A stretch of DNA of 64,000 nt from Syntrophorhabdaceae bacterium (GTDB lineage Bacteria > Desulfobacterota > Syntrophorhabdia > Syntrophorhabdales > Syntrophorhabdaceae): the NCBI GenBank assembly GCA_963665295.1, contig OY762209.1:3776001-3840000 (forward strand), read 5' to 3'. Positions 37,299 to 46,991 of this stretch are shown here, piece after piece. Numbering within the stretch: the first letter of the stretch is position 1; every line of letters begins with the position of its first letter. The notes under the pieces were generated by a model. The model saw nothing but the letters and a program-made list of their open reading frames with translations. It was not told the DNA's origin and ran no database searches. Both the position numbers and the translations under genes were made by a program.

Positions 37299-37840
37299 TT
37301 GCTCACCCTTTCTCTTGTTGCTCCCCGGCCAGAGATCTTCTCGTCGGCGGTTGTCCTCCAGAGCGATATTGCCTGTCCGGGACCGATGTCTTCAAGAAAG
37401 GAGGCGAGTGGTTTCCCGTAGAGAGGGTGGATGATCCCGGCGTCTATCTCAAGGCATGGGACTATGGCGAACCTTCTCCTGTGAAGTTCAGGGTGCGGTA
37501 TAACGAGAGACGGAGTCTCAAGGACCAGGTTATCGAACAGGAGGATATCGAGGTCTATCACTCTCGGCCCGCCCGGTATCTCTCTTGTGCGCCCCATGTC
37601 CTCTTCGATCCTGTTCAGGAATTCAAGAAGGTCTGCCGGTGATCCCGCCCACGATACGGCAATAGCAGCGTTGAGAAAATCGTCCTGATCAATAGATGAA
37701 ACCGGTGAGGTAGCATAGAGAGATGAAGCTGCGAGGAACCGGGTCCTGTGGTCGGTGAGGATTGTCCGGATACTCGCGGAACAATAAGACGCCCGGTCAC
37801 CCATATTGGATCCAATTCCTATAAATGCCTTGTTATTCAC
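37295..37840 (-). CDS. folK: 6-hydroxymethyl-dihydropterin pyrophosphokinase
   Basis: IGIGSNMG, SSLY.T.P, Q.DFLN, GPR.IDLDIL, IPHP. Confidence 0.95.
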   Translation of the reverse strand: MNNKAFIGIGSNMGDRASYCSASIRTILTDHRTRFLAASSLYATSPVSSIDQDDFLNAAIAVSWAGSPADLLEFLNRIEEDMGRTREIPGGPRVIDLDILLFDNLVLETPSLVIPHPELHRRRFAIVPCLEIDAGIIHPLYGKPLASFLEDIGPGQAISLWRTTADEKISGRGATRERVSN

Positions 37841-37845
37841 AATGT

Positions 37846-38043
37846 TCAGGAGGTTCTTGCTCTATCTCCGGCGCTGTCCTTAGAGGTGAGAGCTTCTTTT
37901 TCGTCGGATTCCCTTGTGGCCTTCCTGAAGCCCCTTATGCTTTTACCGATGGCGCCGCCCACCTCCGGAAGCTTGCCTGCCCCGAAGACAAGGAGGACTA
38001 TTACCATTATGATGATAAGTTCAGGAAATCCAAGGCCAAACAT
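37846..38043 (-). CDS. tatA: Twin-arginine translocase TatA
   Basis: MFGLGFPEL...[19 protein letters not shown]. Confidence 0.95.
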   Translation of the reverse strand: MFGLGFPELIIIMVIVLLVFGAGKLPEVGGAIGKSIRGFRKATRESDEKEALTSKDSAGDRARTS

Positions 38044-38180
38044 GGAATACATTATCATGTACGGATGAGCGCAGTCAATCCCTAAAAGAAAGAAATCCTT
38101 TGATTACGCTGTGGGTTGGAGCGGGTTTCGGCTTGCCGCAGGTTGACTGGGGAGCGAATTTCCTTTACAATATGTTACCC

Positions 38181-38678
38181 ATGGCACTAAAAGAAATTAA
38201 ACTTTATCCTGACCCTGTTCTCAGGCAGACGGCCTCGAAGATCGACAATATCACTGATGAAATAGTCCAGCTTTCCCATGACATGGTGGAAACCATGAGA
38301 CTTGCCAACGGAGCGGGTCTTGCGGCCAACCAGGTCGGGCTTCGACTGAGGCTGATAGTGATCGACGAACAGGTCAAAAAGGAACATAGATCCATCGTCT
38401 TAATAAACCCTGAGATTCTCTTTACGGAATCCGAGGAGACCGCCGAAGAGGGATGTCTCAGCCTTCCGAGATTCTATGAGTTCGTGAAGAGGCCCAAAAG
38501 GGTCAAAGTGCGAGCAATAGATTTGAGGGGCGAGGTGATGGAGATAGAGCGTGAAGACCAGATGGCAAGGGCGTTACAACATGAGATAGACCACCTGAAC
38601 GGTGTTCTCTTTATCGACCACCTGAGTCCTTTGAAGAAGGAGTTCTTCAGGAAGAAATTTATGCGGGCTAAAAGGTGA
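38181..38678 (+). CDS. def: Peptide deformylase
   Basis: GAGLAANQVG, EGCLS, QHEIDHLNG. Confidence 0.97.
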   Translation: MALKEIKLYPDPVLRQTASKIDNITDEIVQLSHDMVETMRLANGAGLAANQVGLRLRLIVIDEQVKKEHRSIVLINPEILFTESEETAEEGCLSLPRFYEFVKRPKRVKVRAIDLRGEVMEIEREDQMARALQHEIDHLNGVLFIDHLSPLKKEFFRKKFMRAKR

Positions 38679-39598
38679 AGATAGTCTACTTCGGCTCATC
38701 ACTCTTTTCCGTGCCTCCTCTCATGGCGGTGCTGCCCTCCGTCTCATGTGTCGTCACGAGAAGGGCCAAGCCGAAGGGCAGAGGTTACCACGTCGAAGCA
38801 AACGATGTGAAGAAAATAGCCTCTGAGGCAGGGATTCCTTTGATAGAGATAGATTCTTTCAAGGATGAGGCGGCCGGTCAACTGCGGGACCTCAAGCCCG
38901 ATTTTCTTGTCGTGGCTTCTTTCGGACTTATGATTCCAGACTGGGCGCTCAGTATCGCAACTGTCGGCCCCGTGAACATCCATCCGTCCCTGCTTCCCCG
39001 ATACAGGGGGCCATCTCCCATCCAGTGGGCACTGTGGAACGGTGAGAGAGAGACGGGCATTACCTTAATAAAGATGAATGAAAAAATGGATGAAGGGAAT
39101 ATTCTTCATCAGGAGATAATGGCCATCGACGCCGGGGATAGCATGATCACCCTGTCCGCAAGACTTGCCGCAAGAGCCGGCGAAATACTGCCAGGTTTCC
39201 TTGAGGAGATGAAGACGAAGGGGATGATGGAAGGTGTTGTGCAGAGCGGCGAATTAGCCACCTACACGCCTATCATTGCCAAGGAAATGGGGAAGATCGA
39301 CTGGTCGCTGGGAGCCCTGGAGATAATCAGGCAGATCAAAGCCCTTGTGCTCTGGCCCACGGCCTATACCTATCTCGAGGGAAAACTCCTGAAAATATTC
39401 GACGCCCATATATATGATGATTCCGCCGTTTCAGCGGAGGCGGGCATCGTTATGGAGGTGACGAAAGCCGGATTCCTGGTGGGTACGCCAAACGGCACTT
39501 TGCGGATTACCGAGGTGCAGCTTGAAAACAAGAAGAGGCTAAGCGCATATCAGTTCGCCCAGGGATACAGAGGGCTCGTGGGGAAAAGGCTCGGATAG
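38675..39598 (+). CDS. fmt: Methionyl-tRNA formyltransferase
   Basis: NIHPSLLPRYRG..PIQ, ETG.T, MDEG; follows def. Confidence 0.96.
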   Translation: MKIVYFGSSLFSVPPLMAVLPSVSCVVTRRAKPKGRGYHVEANDVKKIASEAGIPLIEIDSFKDEAAGQLRDLKPDFLVVASFGLMIPDWALSIATVGPVNIHPSLLPRYRGPSPIQWALWNGERETGITLIKMNEKMDEGNILHQEIMAIDAGDSMITLSARLAARAGEILPGFLEEMKTKGMMEGVVQSGELATYTPIIAKEMGKIDWSLGALEIIRQIKALVLWPTAYTYLEGKLLKIFDAHIYDDSAVSAEAGIVMEVTKAGFLVGTPNGTLRITEVQLENKKRLSAYQFAQGYRGLVGKRLG

Positions 39599-39619
39599 CC
39601 GGGTAAGCGAATTTTTTAG

Positions 39620-39648
39620 TTGACATGACAAGAAATTATCCTTATTAT
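39620..39648 (+). promoter_or_regulatory. sigma70-type promoter of mltD
   Basis: TTGACA-N17-TATTAT. Confidence 0.65.
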
Positions 39649-39689
39649 CAAAATTAAATGGTGTGGTTCTTGCATTCAAATGGAGGAGA

Positions 39690-41441
39690 ATGAAAAGACT
39701 TGGCATAGGTTTCATAATCCTCTTTTTTCTTGTGTCCTGCTCAAGCACCGGAAGGGTGGGTACGCTGGACAAGTCTTCTCTTGATGATACACCCCTCGTA
39801 TACAATCCGGCGGATCAATCAAAACTATCAGCAATGGCGACGGGAGGAGCGGCGAAAAAGGCCAAGGGGAAACCTAAAGTCTTTAATCCCGAAGATGACG
39901 ATGACATAGCGTCACTCCTCGAACACGACGATTTCCGGGACTTTGACCTACCCATAGTGTTCAACGAGGCCGTCAAGTACTATGTGGTCTACTTCAACAC
40001 GGAGAAGAGAAAGGTTTTTGCCAACTGGCTCAAACGGTCGCGACGGTATGTCCCGGTCATGAAGGAGATATTGAAACAGCACGGTCTGCCCGAGGACCTT
40101 GTGTACGTTGCCATGATAGAAAGCGGGTTCAATGCGAAGGCATACTCCTCGGCCAAGGCATGCGGGCCGTGGCAATTCATCTATGAAACGGGGGGGAGGT
40201 ATGGGCTCAAAGCGAACTTCTGGATAGATGAAAGGAGAGACCCTGAAAAATCGACTATTGCTGCCGCCAAATATTTGACGGATCTCTTTAACCAGTTCGG
40301 TCACTGGTATCTCGCGGCCGCAGGCTACAATGCGGGCGAGAAGAGGGTCGAAAGAGCCATAGAAAAACACAACACCAACGATTTCTGGGAGTTGGCCAAA
40401 TATAATGCCCTTCCGAGGGAAACCAGAGAGTACATCCCCAGACTGATCGCTGCGTCCATCATCGCAAAGGACCCTGAAAGGTTCGGATTCGGGAGTATCG
40501 TATATGAAGACCCGGTGCGGTTCGCCGAAGTGAAGGTCCCCAGAGCGACCCTTCTTACCGCGATTGCAAGGGCGAGTTCCATAGATATTGCCGAATTACG
40601 GTCTCTGAACCCCGAACTCCTGAGGGGCATCACTCCGCCCTATATGGAAGACTACCGGGTCAAGCTCCCGGCCTCCACAAACATTGCAAGATTCTCCGAA
40701 GCGCTGGAAGGGGCGGGCGGCAGGGAGAGGAAGATCAAGGATGTGGTTGTCTACAAGGTAAAGAAGAAGGATACTCTTGCGAAGATCCTGAAGAAATACG
40801 GGATTAGGGAAGAAGAGTTGTACCTTGTCAACAGTTGTGAGGAGCAGTTGAAGGTCAAACCGGGGATGGCTCTGAATATCCCTATATTTGTCGGTTCAAC
40901 ACGCACGGCGGTGGCAGCGGTTGTGCCGGCGCCGGTGAAGGCACCGGCAAGAGATTCGGGCGAGGTCCGGGTCGCCAAACTTGTGAGGGCGGAAAAACAG
41001 CACGAAAAACCTGAAAAGACCGAAAAACAAGAGAAGGCGGAAAGGGTCGAAAAGGTTGAGAAGGTCGAGAGGATCGAAAAGACAAAAGGGCAGGGTGAAC
41101 CAGCCCCGGCAAAGACTTACCATGTAGTGAGAAGGGGTGAGACCTTGTCTGATATCTCGACGAAGTATGGGGTGGAAGTGGCAAGCCTTATGTCGGTGAA
41201 TAACCTGAAAAGTGAGAAGGTTTACCCCAACATGAAGCTCATGCTCGCGAGCCACCACAGTCCGAAGAAGAAGGAAAGCCAGGCGGGTCCGAAGTTTCAC
41301 ACGGTGAAGAAGGGCGAGACCCTGGCTCAAATTTCGAGCAAATACCATGTGAGTATCTCCAGCCTCAAGTCTGCGAATAACCTGAAAAGCCTCAAGGTTC
41401 AGCCCAAGATGAAATTGAAGATAGTGTCAGGGGAGGGCTGA
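39690..41441 (+). CDS. mltD: MltD-like lytic transglycosylase lipoprotein with LysM domains
   Basis: Lipobox LVSC; MIES, GPWQF, DERRDP, YNAG, ETR.Y.P; three LysM repeats. Confidence 0.92.
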   Translation: MKRLGIGFIILFFLVSCSSTGRVGTLDKSSLDDTPLVYNPADQSKLSAMATGGAAKKAKGKPKVFNPEDDDDIASLLEHDDFRDFDLPIVFNEAVKYYVVYFNTEKRKVFANWLKRSRRYVPVMKEILKQHGLPEDLVYVAMIESGFNAKAYSSAKACGPWQFIYETGGRYGLKANFWIDERRDPEKSTIAAAKYLTDLFNQFGHWYLAAAGYNAGEKRVERAIEKHNTNDFWELAKYNALPRETREYIPRLIAASIIAKDPERFGFGSIVYEDPVRFAEVKVPRATLLTAIARASSIDIAELRSLNPELLRGITPPYMEDYRVKLPASTNIARFSEALEGAGGRERKIKDVVVYKVKKKDTLAKILKKYGIREEELYLVNSCEEQLKVKPGMALNIPIFVGSTRTAVAAVVPAPVKAPARDSGEVRVAKLVRAEKQHEKPEKTEKQEKAERVEKVEKVERIEKTKGQGEPAPAKTYHVVRRGETLSDISTKYGVEVASLMSVNNLKSEKVYPNMKLMLASHHSPKKKESQAGPKFHTVKKGETLAQISSKYHVSISSLKSANNLKSLKVQPKMKLKIVSGEG

Positions 41442-41515
41442 CCGGTTTTAAATCTGTATCTGTGAGTTTTGCTCTCCGCCGGTTTGACCTTGCGGGGGGG
41501 GGCGTCCTGAAACCG

Positions 41516-42463
41516 TTATGGATGTGACAGGACCAGTCGATACAGAGTAAAAAAATCCCACCAGAACAGCATGAGCAAAACAAGTGATGCTACGGACAGG
41601 AGGATATATACGGTTTTGGAAAGTCTTTTCTTCCGTCCTGTAAGAAGCGCAATGTTCAACTCTTTGAGGGCTGTCTTTACCGTGGAGCGGTTGGCCGTGG
41701 TCCTTGACTGGGAATAGAGAACAAGCATACACCTGTCGCAAATAATGTTGATGAGCCTGGGATATCCTTTAGATGCGCTATGAATGAGTTTTGTGGCATC
41801 TTCGTTGAACTTCAGCAGGCCCTTTGAACCGGCCTTGAAAAGCCTGTAACTCACGTAGCGGGCTACTTCGTCCAGGTCGAGGGGCTTCAGAATGCATATG
41901 ACCGTTATTCTTTGGGACAAGTATCTCAATTCATCCTTCTGCAACCTGCCGGTGATTTCCGGCTGGGCAAAAAGAATAATCTGGAGTATCTTTTCTTTGT
42001 CTGTTTCGAAGTTGGAGAGTACCCTGATAAACTCGAAAAGGTCGTCTCTGATGAGTTGCGCCTCGTCCACCACAAGAAGAGACCTCTTCCCCTGGCGATG
42101 CCGGGCCAGGAGAAAAACCCGGAGCGCGTCCAATCCTTCCTTTATCCCGGAACCGCACCCTTCTATGGAAAACTCATGGAGAATCTCCTTTAGAAACTCG
42201 CGATCGTCCATTATAGGATTGAGTACGAGGGCGGAAGCATAGGTCTGGGACTCAAGGGACGAGAGGAATATCCTGGAAAGGGTCGTCTTTCCCGTCCCCA
42301 CATCTCCATATATCAACGCGAAACCCTCGCGCTGGTCCAGGAAGAAATGAAGGTGATCCAGCGCTTCCCGGTGACTTCTCGACTCAAAATAAAAGGCAGG
42401 GTCGGGCGTAAGGGAAAACGGCTTCTCGGTGAGTCCGAAATAGTCGATGTATGGTATATCCAT
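41516..42463 (-). CDS. ExeA/MshM-like AAA ATPase with C-terminal TM
   Basis: YFGL.EKPFSLTPDP, GDVGTGKT, VVDEAQ, GYPRLIN..CD; start may be upstream at 42505. Confidence 0.9.
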   Translation of the reverse strand: MDIPYIDYFGLTEKPFSLTPDPAFYFESRSHREALDHLHFFLDQREGFALIYGDVGTGKTTLSRIFLSSLESQTYASALVLNPIMDDREFLKEILHEFSIEGCGSGIKEGLDALRVFLLARHRQGKRSLLVVDEAQLIRDDLFEFIRVLSNFETDKEKILQIILFAQPEITGRLQKDELRYLSQRITVICILKPLDLDEVARYVSYRLFKAGSKGLLKFNEDATKLIHSASKGYPRLINIICDRCMLVLYSQSRTTANRSTVKTALKELNIALLTGRKKRLSKTVYILLSVASLVLLMLFWWDFFTLYRLVLSHP

Positions 42464-42772
42464 GGAACCGGTTACTATTTTCACATTTTCCCGTTGCGTA
42501 ATCAATCGGTTATTGCTATGGCACGAGAATTTCTATAGAATATCTGTAATTGATGCCTATTTCTACTGAGCCGGGTACTTTTGACAGGACAAACTTGATT
42601 ACGGGAGTCTCCCGTCACGGGGAGAGGAAATCCGCGTGAAGGCAGTGGCGGTGAGAGTAACCCAAGATAGGGCGTTGCATGTGAAGAGTCCGGGCGGGTG
42701 CGGGATTATGACGATTCTATCAGTGAAATGGCGTGCCGGTGTTGTCCGGGCCGCTCGCCGGGGGGATTTCTG

Positions 42773-44407
42773 ATGGACATGCTCGGGATAGACATAGGTA
42801 CGGTAAGCATCAAGTATGTCCGGGTTCGCGGTAAGGGTCAGAAAGCAGCCGTAGTTTCAAAGGGCATCTACCCCTATGGCGGCGAACTGCTTCAACTCGA
42901 ATCCGTTTTGTCCGATATCAGGACCAAAGAGGGCCGGTTGAGAGTAGCCATCGGCATCTCATCGCAGGACATTCTCAAGAAATCTGTGACCATCCCGGTT
43001 CTCCCGAAAGAAGAGATCGCCGACGCCCTGGATTGGTCGGTCTCGAAGACTGTCTCCTTGCCCTTGAACGAGATGTCCTATGAGTACATTATGCTTGGAG
43101 AGGTGGAAGAGCGCGGCATCAAAAAAGAGGAAGCCTGTTTTGTGGGGGTTCAGAGGTCTTTTGTTGACGGGCTCCTCGATTCTTTCCGGAAATCAGGATT
43201 TGGTGACGTGGCCCTCCTCACGGATATCGGACTGGTTTACCAGGAGGTCCTGAAAGAGGAACGGACTGTATCTACCTCCGTAGTTGATGTGGGAGGGACG
43301 CAGACAGGGATATATGTTTTTGAGAAGGGAAAGATAAAACTTGTGCGGGAGATCCTTATCGCAGCGGAAAGTTTTTCCGATGCCCTGATAAGCGGCCTCG
43401 CTTTGCATCCCATGGGAGCAGAATCTTCGTTAGACGAGATGTTTCGCAAGGGGACCGTTGAATTGTCGGAATCGTCCTTTGAGCATTTTGCAGAGGAGAT
43501 CCGGAGAACCCTCAATGTTTTTGAGAAAAGATACCCCGGCGAGGCCGTAAAAAAGATTTATGTTGCAGGCAGAGGTTCGGAGATACCCACGTTTATCGAA
43601 CGGTTGAAAGAGCGCTTCGGTGAAGGGGTGGAGCGGCTCAGACCGCAAAGGGACATTGAGCCTCAATATCTGCCCGCGTTCCTCCTTGCCTGTCAGCGTG
43701 AAGCACGGGTTAACCTTCTGCCGGAAGATATCAAGGCGGGAGAGCGGGAGGCCGTTTACAGAAAATGGCTCACCATGGGGACCATCGCGGTTGCAGCGGT
43801 GCTCCTCTTTCTTTCCCTCGATATGATGGCCGCGCAGAACAGGCTCGATATGGCGGTCAGCACCGAGGCTGCGAATGTGGCGAGGTTGAAGGAACAGGTG
43901 CAGGTGCTCGGGAGGGCCACCTCCACGGGAAAATATAGTGATATGATACCTCTCATGAAAGAGATCAGAAGAAAGGATGAAACTTTCGTCACATTGCTCA
44001 AATACCTGTCCTCTCATCTGCCCAAAGAGGTATACCTCAGGGAAATCGCATTCGGTCAGGAGATTCCGGTACTTCCTGCGTCGGGTTCCTCCGGAAAGGG
44101 GGCAACGCCCACGGAACCCGTTCAGACCATTACCACACAGGCGGGAATGCGACCCGCCGCAGCAAAGCCCGCCACCAAACCGGGAGCTCCCGTTGTAGTG
44201 GAAAACGACCGGTGGATCACTATTACGGGTCTGGTTTTCGGGGAAGTGGACACAGCCGACCCCGCCCTTCTGGATTTCATCGTCAAGCTGGGCAACACAG
44301 GCATCGTCCGTGACGTGGAGGTGGCCGGCAAGCAGGTCAAGGTCATGAAAGGAAAGAGGGTTATTGAATTCGTTGTTACAGGAAAGTGTGCGCCTTATGA
44401 AATTTAA
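42773..44407 (+). CDS. PilM-PilN-like fusion protein
   Basis: Actin-like GIDIG, VDVGG, VAGRGS; then VNLLP + TM + PilN-like periplasmic domain. Confidence 0.8.
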   Translation: MDMLGIDIGTVSIKYVRVRGKGQKAAVVSKGIYPYGGELLQLESVLSDIRTKEGRLRVAIGISSQDILKKSVTIPVLPKEEIADALDWSVSKTVSLPLNEMSYEYIMLGEVEERGIKKEEACFVGVQRSFVDGLLDSFRKSGFGDVALLTDIGLVYQEVLKEERTVSTSVVDVGGTQTGIYVFEKGKIKLVREILIAAESFSDALISGLALHPMGAESSLDEMFRKGTVELSESSFEHFAEEIRRTLNVFEKRYPGEAVKKIYVAGRGSEIPTFIERLKERFGEGVERLRPQRDIEPQYLPAFLLACQREARVNLLPEDIKAGEREAVYRKWLTMGTIAVAAVLLFLSLDMMAAQNRLDMAVSTEAANVARLKEQVQVLGRATSTGKYSDMIPLMKEIRRKDETFVTLLKYLSSHLPKEVYLREIAFGQEIPVLPASGSSGKGATPTEPVQTITTQAGMRPAAAKPATKPGAPVVVENDRWITITGLVFGEVDTADPALLDFIVKLGNTGIVRDVEVAGKQVKVMKGKRVIEFVVTGKCAPYEI

Positions 44408-44936
44408 ACCCTTCCACTTGTGGGCGGTCCTCCCGGTGATCCTCATTGTGGCGTGGTTTGTTCTGTTCTATAGCCCTGTATCGTCGAAGAACCGGCTGAA
44501 GGAAAGGGAGTTGATGAGGGTGAAGGCCGAGAAGGTGACGGCGGAAAATGAAGTGAACAGGCTCCGGGCGCTTAGAAAGAGGGAAATGGAAGCAAAGTCG
44601 CGGATTGAGAATATGAGCGCCGACATACCCCGGTACGAAGATCTCCCGAGGTTCATAAAGGGCATTACGGAGATGGCAAAGGCAAAAGGCGCGCTCGTAG
44701 AGGACTTCGGAAGCATATTCCTGCCCCAGGAAGATCAGCAGTCAGGGCCCGTGATGAACCCCGTTATGGAGATTACCGTGAAGGGTCGATATCTGCAGAT
44801 GGGACGATTTCTGGAGGAGTTGGAAAGGAATAAGGCTTTTAAGGGGGTTGTGAAGGCTCGCATGACCTATGAGGAGAAGCAGTACCCTGTTCTGACGGGA
44901 ATATTTGTGGTACAATTCAGGGCGAAAAGGGGGTAA
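44397..44936 (+). CDS. PilO/MshJ-like protein
   Basis: TM, coiled coil, I.V.GRY..MG.FL..LE. Confidence 0.8.
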   Translation: MKFKPFHLWAVLPVILIVAWFVLFYSPVSSKNRLKERELMRVKAEKVTAENEVNRLRALRKREMEAKSRIENMSADIPRYEDLPRFIKGITEMAKAKGALVEDFGSIFLPQEDQQSGPVMNPVMEITVKGRYLQMGRFLEELERNKAFKGVVKARMTYEEKQYPVLTGIFVVQFRAKRG

Positions 44937-44943
44937 GGGGGTA

Positions 44944-45423
44944 TTGAAAGTCAATAAATACGTCCTGATAGCCCTTGTTCTCACGATAGTGGTGTGCGGA
45001 TATGTGTTTTTCTTTACCGGCAAGAAACCGGTCACGGGAAGCGTACCGGTTGCGACCACAACTGTTGGGCAGGGGCTGACAGAGGTGAAGAAGCCGGGCG
45101 CTGGAGGCACGACCCCGGCTGTTCTTGACGCCGCATGGGAGAGGGACCCTTTTGAACTCCCGAAGGCATTCGAGGGGAGTCCCACGGGTTCTTCCGATGT
45201 GCCCGCGAGACTGGTGGCGATCCTCAGTGGAAGAAACGGCAGAGTTGCCCTTATCGGATCGGAAGTTGTGAAGAAAGGTGATATGATTTTCGGAGAAAGA
45301 GTACAGGAGATCGGCGTCGACAGAGTCACCTTGACGCGGGGAGATTTAAAAAGGTACTTGACCCTCGATAATAAAGGAAGAGCGGAAGCAATGAAGAATA
45401 CCAACATTGAGGTGGGTAAATGA
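44944..45423 (+). CDS. PilP/MshK-like protein
   Basis: TM, W.RDPF, L.AIL....RVALI....VKKGD. Confidence 0.7.
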   Translation: MKVNKYVLIALVLTIVVCGYVFFFTGKKPVTGSVPVATTTVGQGLTEVKKPGAGGTTPAVLDAAWERDPFELPKAFEGSPTGSSDVPARLVAILSGRNGRVALIGSEVVKKGDMIFGERVQEIGVDRVTLTRGDLKRYLTLDNKGRAEAMKNTNIEVGK

Positions 45424-46991
45424 AAATAGCATTATGCCTCGGCCTTTGTGTTATGGTCTTCGCGTCTTGTGCTTCTCTAGACAAGGCGGCAAAGAAAGAT
45501 ACGCCCCCGGCAGGGCCGGGTTCAGTCTCCCTCCAGAGCCCCACGGCTCCCCAGATGGAGAAACAGAGAAAGATCGAGGTGAATGGGGAGGCTGAGGTCT
45601 TTTCATTTTCCCTTAAAGACGCGGAAGTGAAAGATGTGTTACGGGCCATCTCGAGGCAGGCGGATTACAACGTGGTGGTGGAACCGGACGTGAAGGGGCA
45701 ATGCACCGTGAGCCTGAAAAACGTCACCCTCCGCGAAGCCCTCGATTATATTCTCTGGCCTCTCGATTATGTGTATAAGATCGATAACAGAACCATCTAT
45801 GTATCGAGGCCGAAGGTAGAAACGAGGATCTTTCATCTCAACTATATCGCCATGAAAAAGACGGGCACCAGTGTCCTTCGGGGGACAATCACCACGGGCG
45901 GGGGAGGGACCTCCACCACGGGCACTACGGGGACCGCTTCCACCACGGGCACGACAGGCACGACTGGAGGAGGAGGGATAGGGGGAAGGGCTGAAGTCCT
46001 CAGCATGAGGAGTGATACCGATACGGATATGTGGAAGGACGTTGAAGCTCATATCCCTACTTTTCTCTCAAAGGAAGGGAGATATGTCCTGAATAAGGTG
46101 GCGTCCACTATCATCGTCTCGGACTACGTACCACATTTGAAAAAAGTAGCCATGTACCTGGAGTCCATCGAAGGCACCATCCAGAGGCAGGTGATGATAC
46201 AGGCCCGGATCGTGGAGGTTCAGCTTAAGGATGAGTCCCATGAAGGCATCAACTGGAGGGTTATATCGGGAAGCATAGGAGAGTTCAAGTTTAACAACAC
46301 TGAACTGGTAACGGTCCAGCCAAGTCCTCTCTTTCCCATCACGAAGGATGCTTTTACAAGCGGCACCGATTCGGCGGGAAATCCCATTTCCTTTGTTTCT
46401 CCCCTCGTTGCGCCCTTCTTCCGCCTTGGAATTGCCAACGGCAATTTTGAGAGCGTTATCGAGCTTTTGAAGACGCAAGGGAAAGTAAACGTCCTTTCCA
46501 GCCCGAAAATAGCGACGCTGAACAACCAGAGGGCCATGATAAAGGTGGCAAGGGAGAATGTCGCCTTCGAGACGACAACGCTGGTCACCACGGGCGCTCC
46601 TGCCACGACTTCCACGGCCATAAGATATGTGACTATAGGTATTATGCTCGACGTTACTCCTCAGGTGGACGAAAAGGGCAATATTATCCTGAATATCCAT
46701 CCTGTGGTAACGGATCAGGTTGGAACGGCGACATCAAAAGACGGGACCGCGTCGGCGCCTATCGTCGACGTGCGCGAAACAGACACCATGGTGCGGGTCA
46801 AAGACGGGGAGACCGTGGTCATCGGCGGATTGATACAGGAAAAGGACAGCATCAACGAACAAGGGGTGCCGGGCCTCATGAACCTTCCTTTTATTGGAAA
46901 GTTTTTCAAAATGAAGGATGTAATAAAGAGCAAGAATGAACTGGTCATCTTTCTCACGCCTACGGTCATCTTCGGGAGCGAGAGTCTGTGA
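45420..46991 (+). CDS. Secretin lipoprotein (MshL/PilQ-like)
   Basis: Lipobox FASC; QV.I.ARIVEV, SSPKIATLNNQ.A.I, GETVVIGGLI, ELVIFLTP; Gly/Thr-rich loop. Confidence 0.93.
   Translation: MKIALCLGLCVMVFASCASLDKAAKKDTPPAGPGSVSLQSPTAPQMEKQRKIEVNGEAEVFSFSLKDAEVKDVLRAISRQADYNVVVEPDVKGQCTVSLKNVTLREALDYILWPLDYVYKIDNRTIYVSRPKVETRIFHLNYIAMKKTGTSVLRGTITTGGGGTSTTGTTGTASTTGTTGTTGGGGIGGRAEVLSMRSDTDTDMWKDVEAHIPTFLSKEGRYVLNKVASTIIVSDYVPHLKKVAMYLESIEGTIQRQVMIQARIVEVQLKDESHEGINWRVISGSIGEFKFNNTELVTVQPSPLFPITKDAFTSGTDSAGNPISFVSPLVAPFFRLGIANGNFESVIELLKTQGKVNVLSSPKIATLNNQRAMIKVARENVAFETTTLVTTGAPATTSTAIRYVTIGIMLDVTPQVDEKGNIILNIHPVVTDQVGTATSKDGTASAPIVDVRETDTMVRVKDGETVVIGGLIQEKDSINEQGVPGLMNLPFIGKFFKMKDVIKSKNELVIFLTPTVIFGSESL

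Noticed and set aside
40990..41085. EK-rich 9-bp periodic repeat in mltD
   Set aside because: Degenerate low-complexity linker between LysM domains
41494..41502. G9 tract as phase-variation site (also C8 at 57514-57521)
   Set aside because: Both lie between convergent gene ends, outside coding or promoter DNA
42540..42772. Cyclic-dinucleotide riboswitch before the pilus operon
   Set aside because: A hairpin (ACGGGAGTCTCCCGT) is present but the GEMM consensus could not be matched
45890..45985. ACCACGGGC-type repeats in the secretin
   Set aside because: Encodes the Gly/Thr-rich loop usual in secretin N-domains
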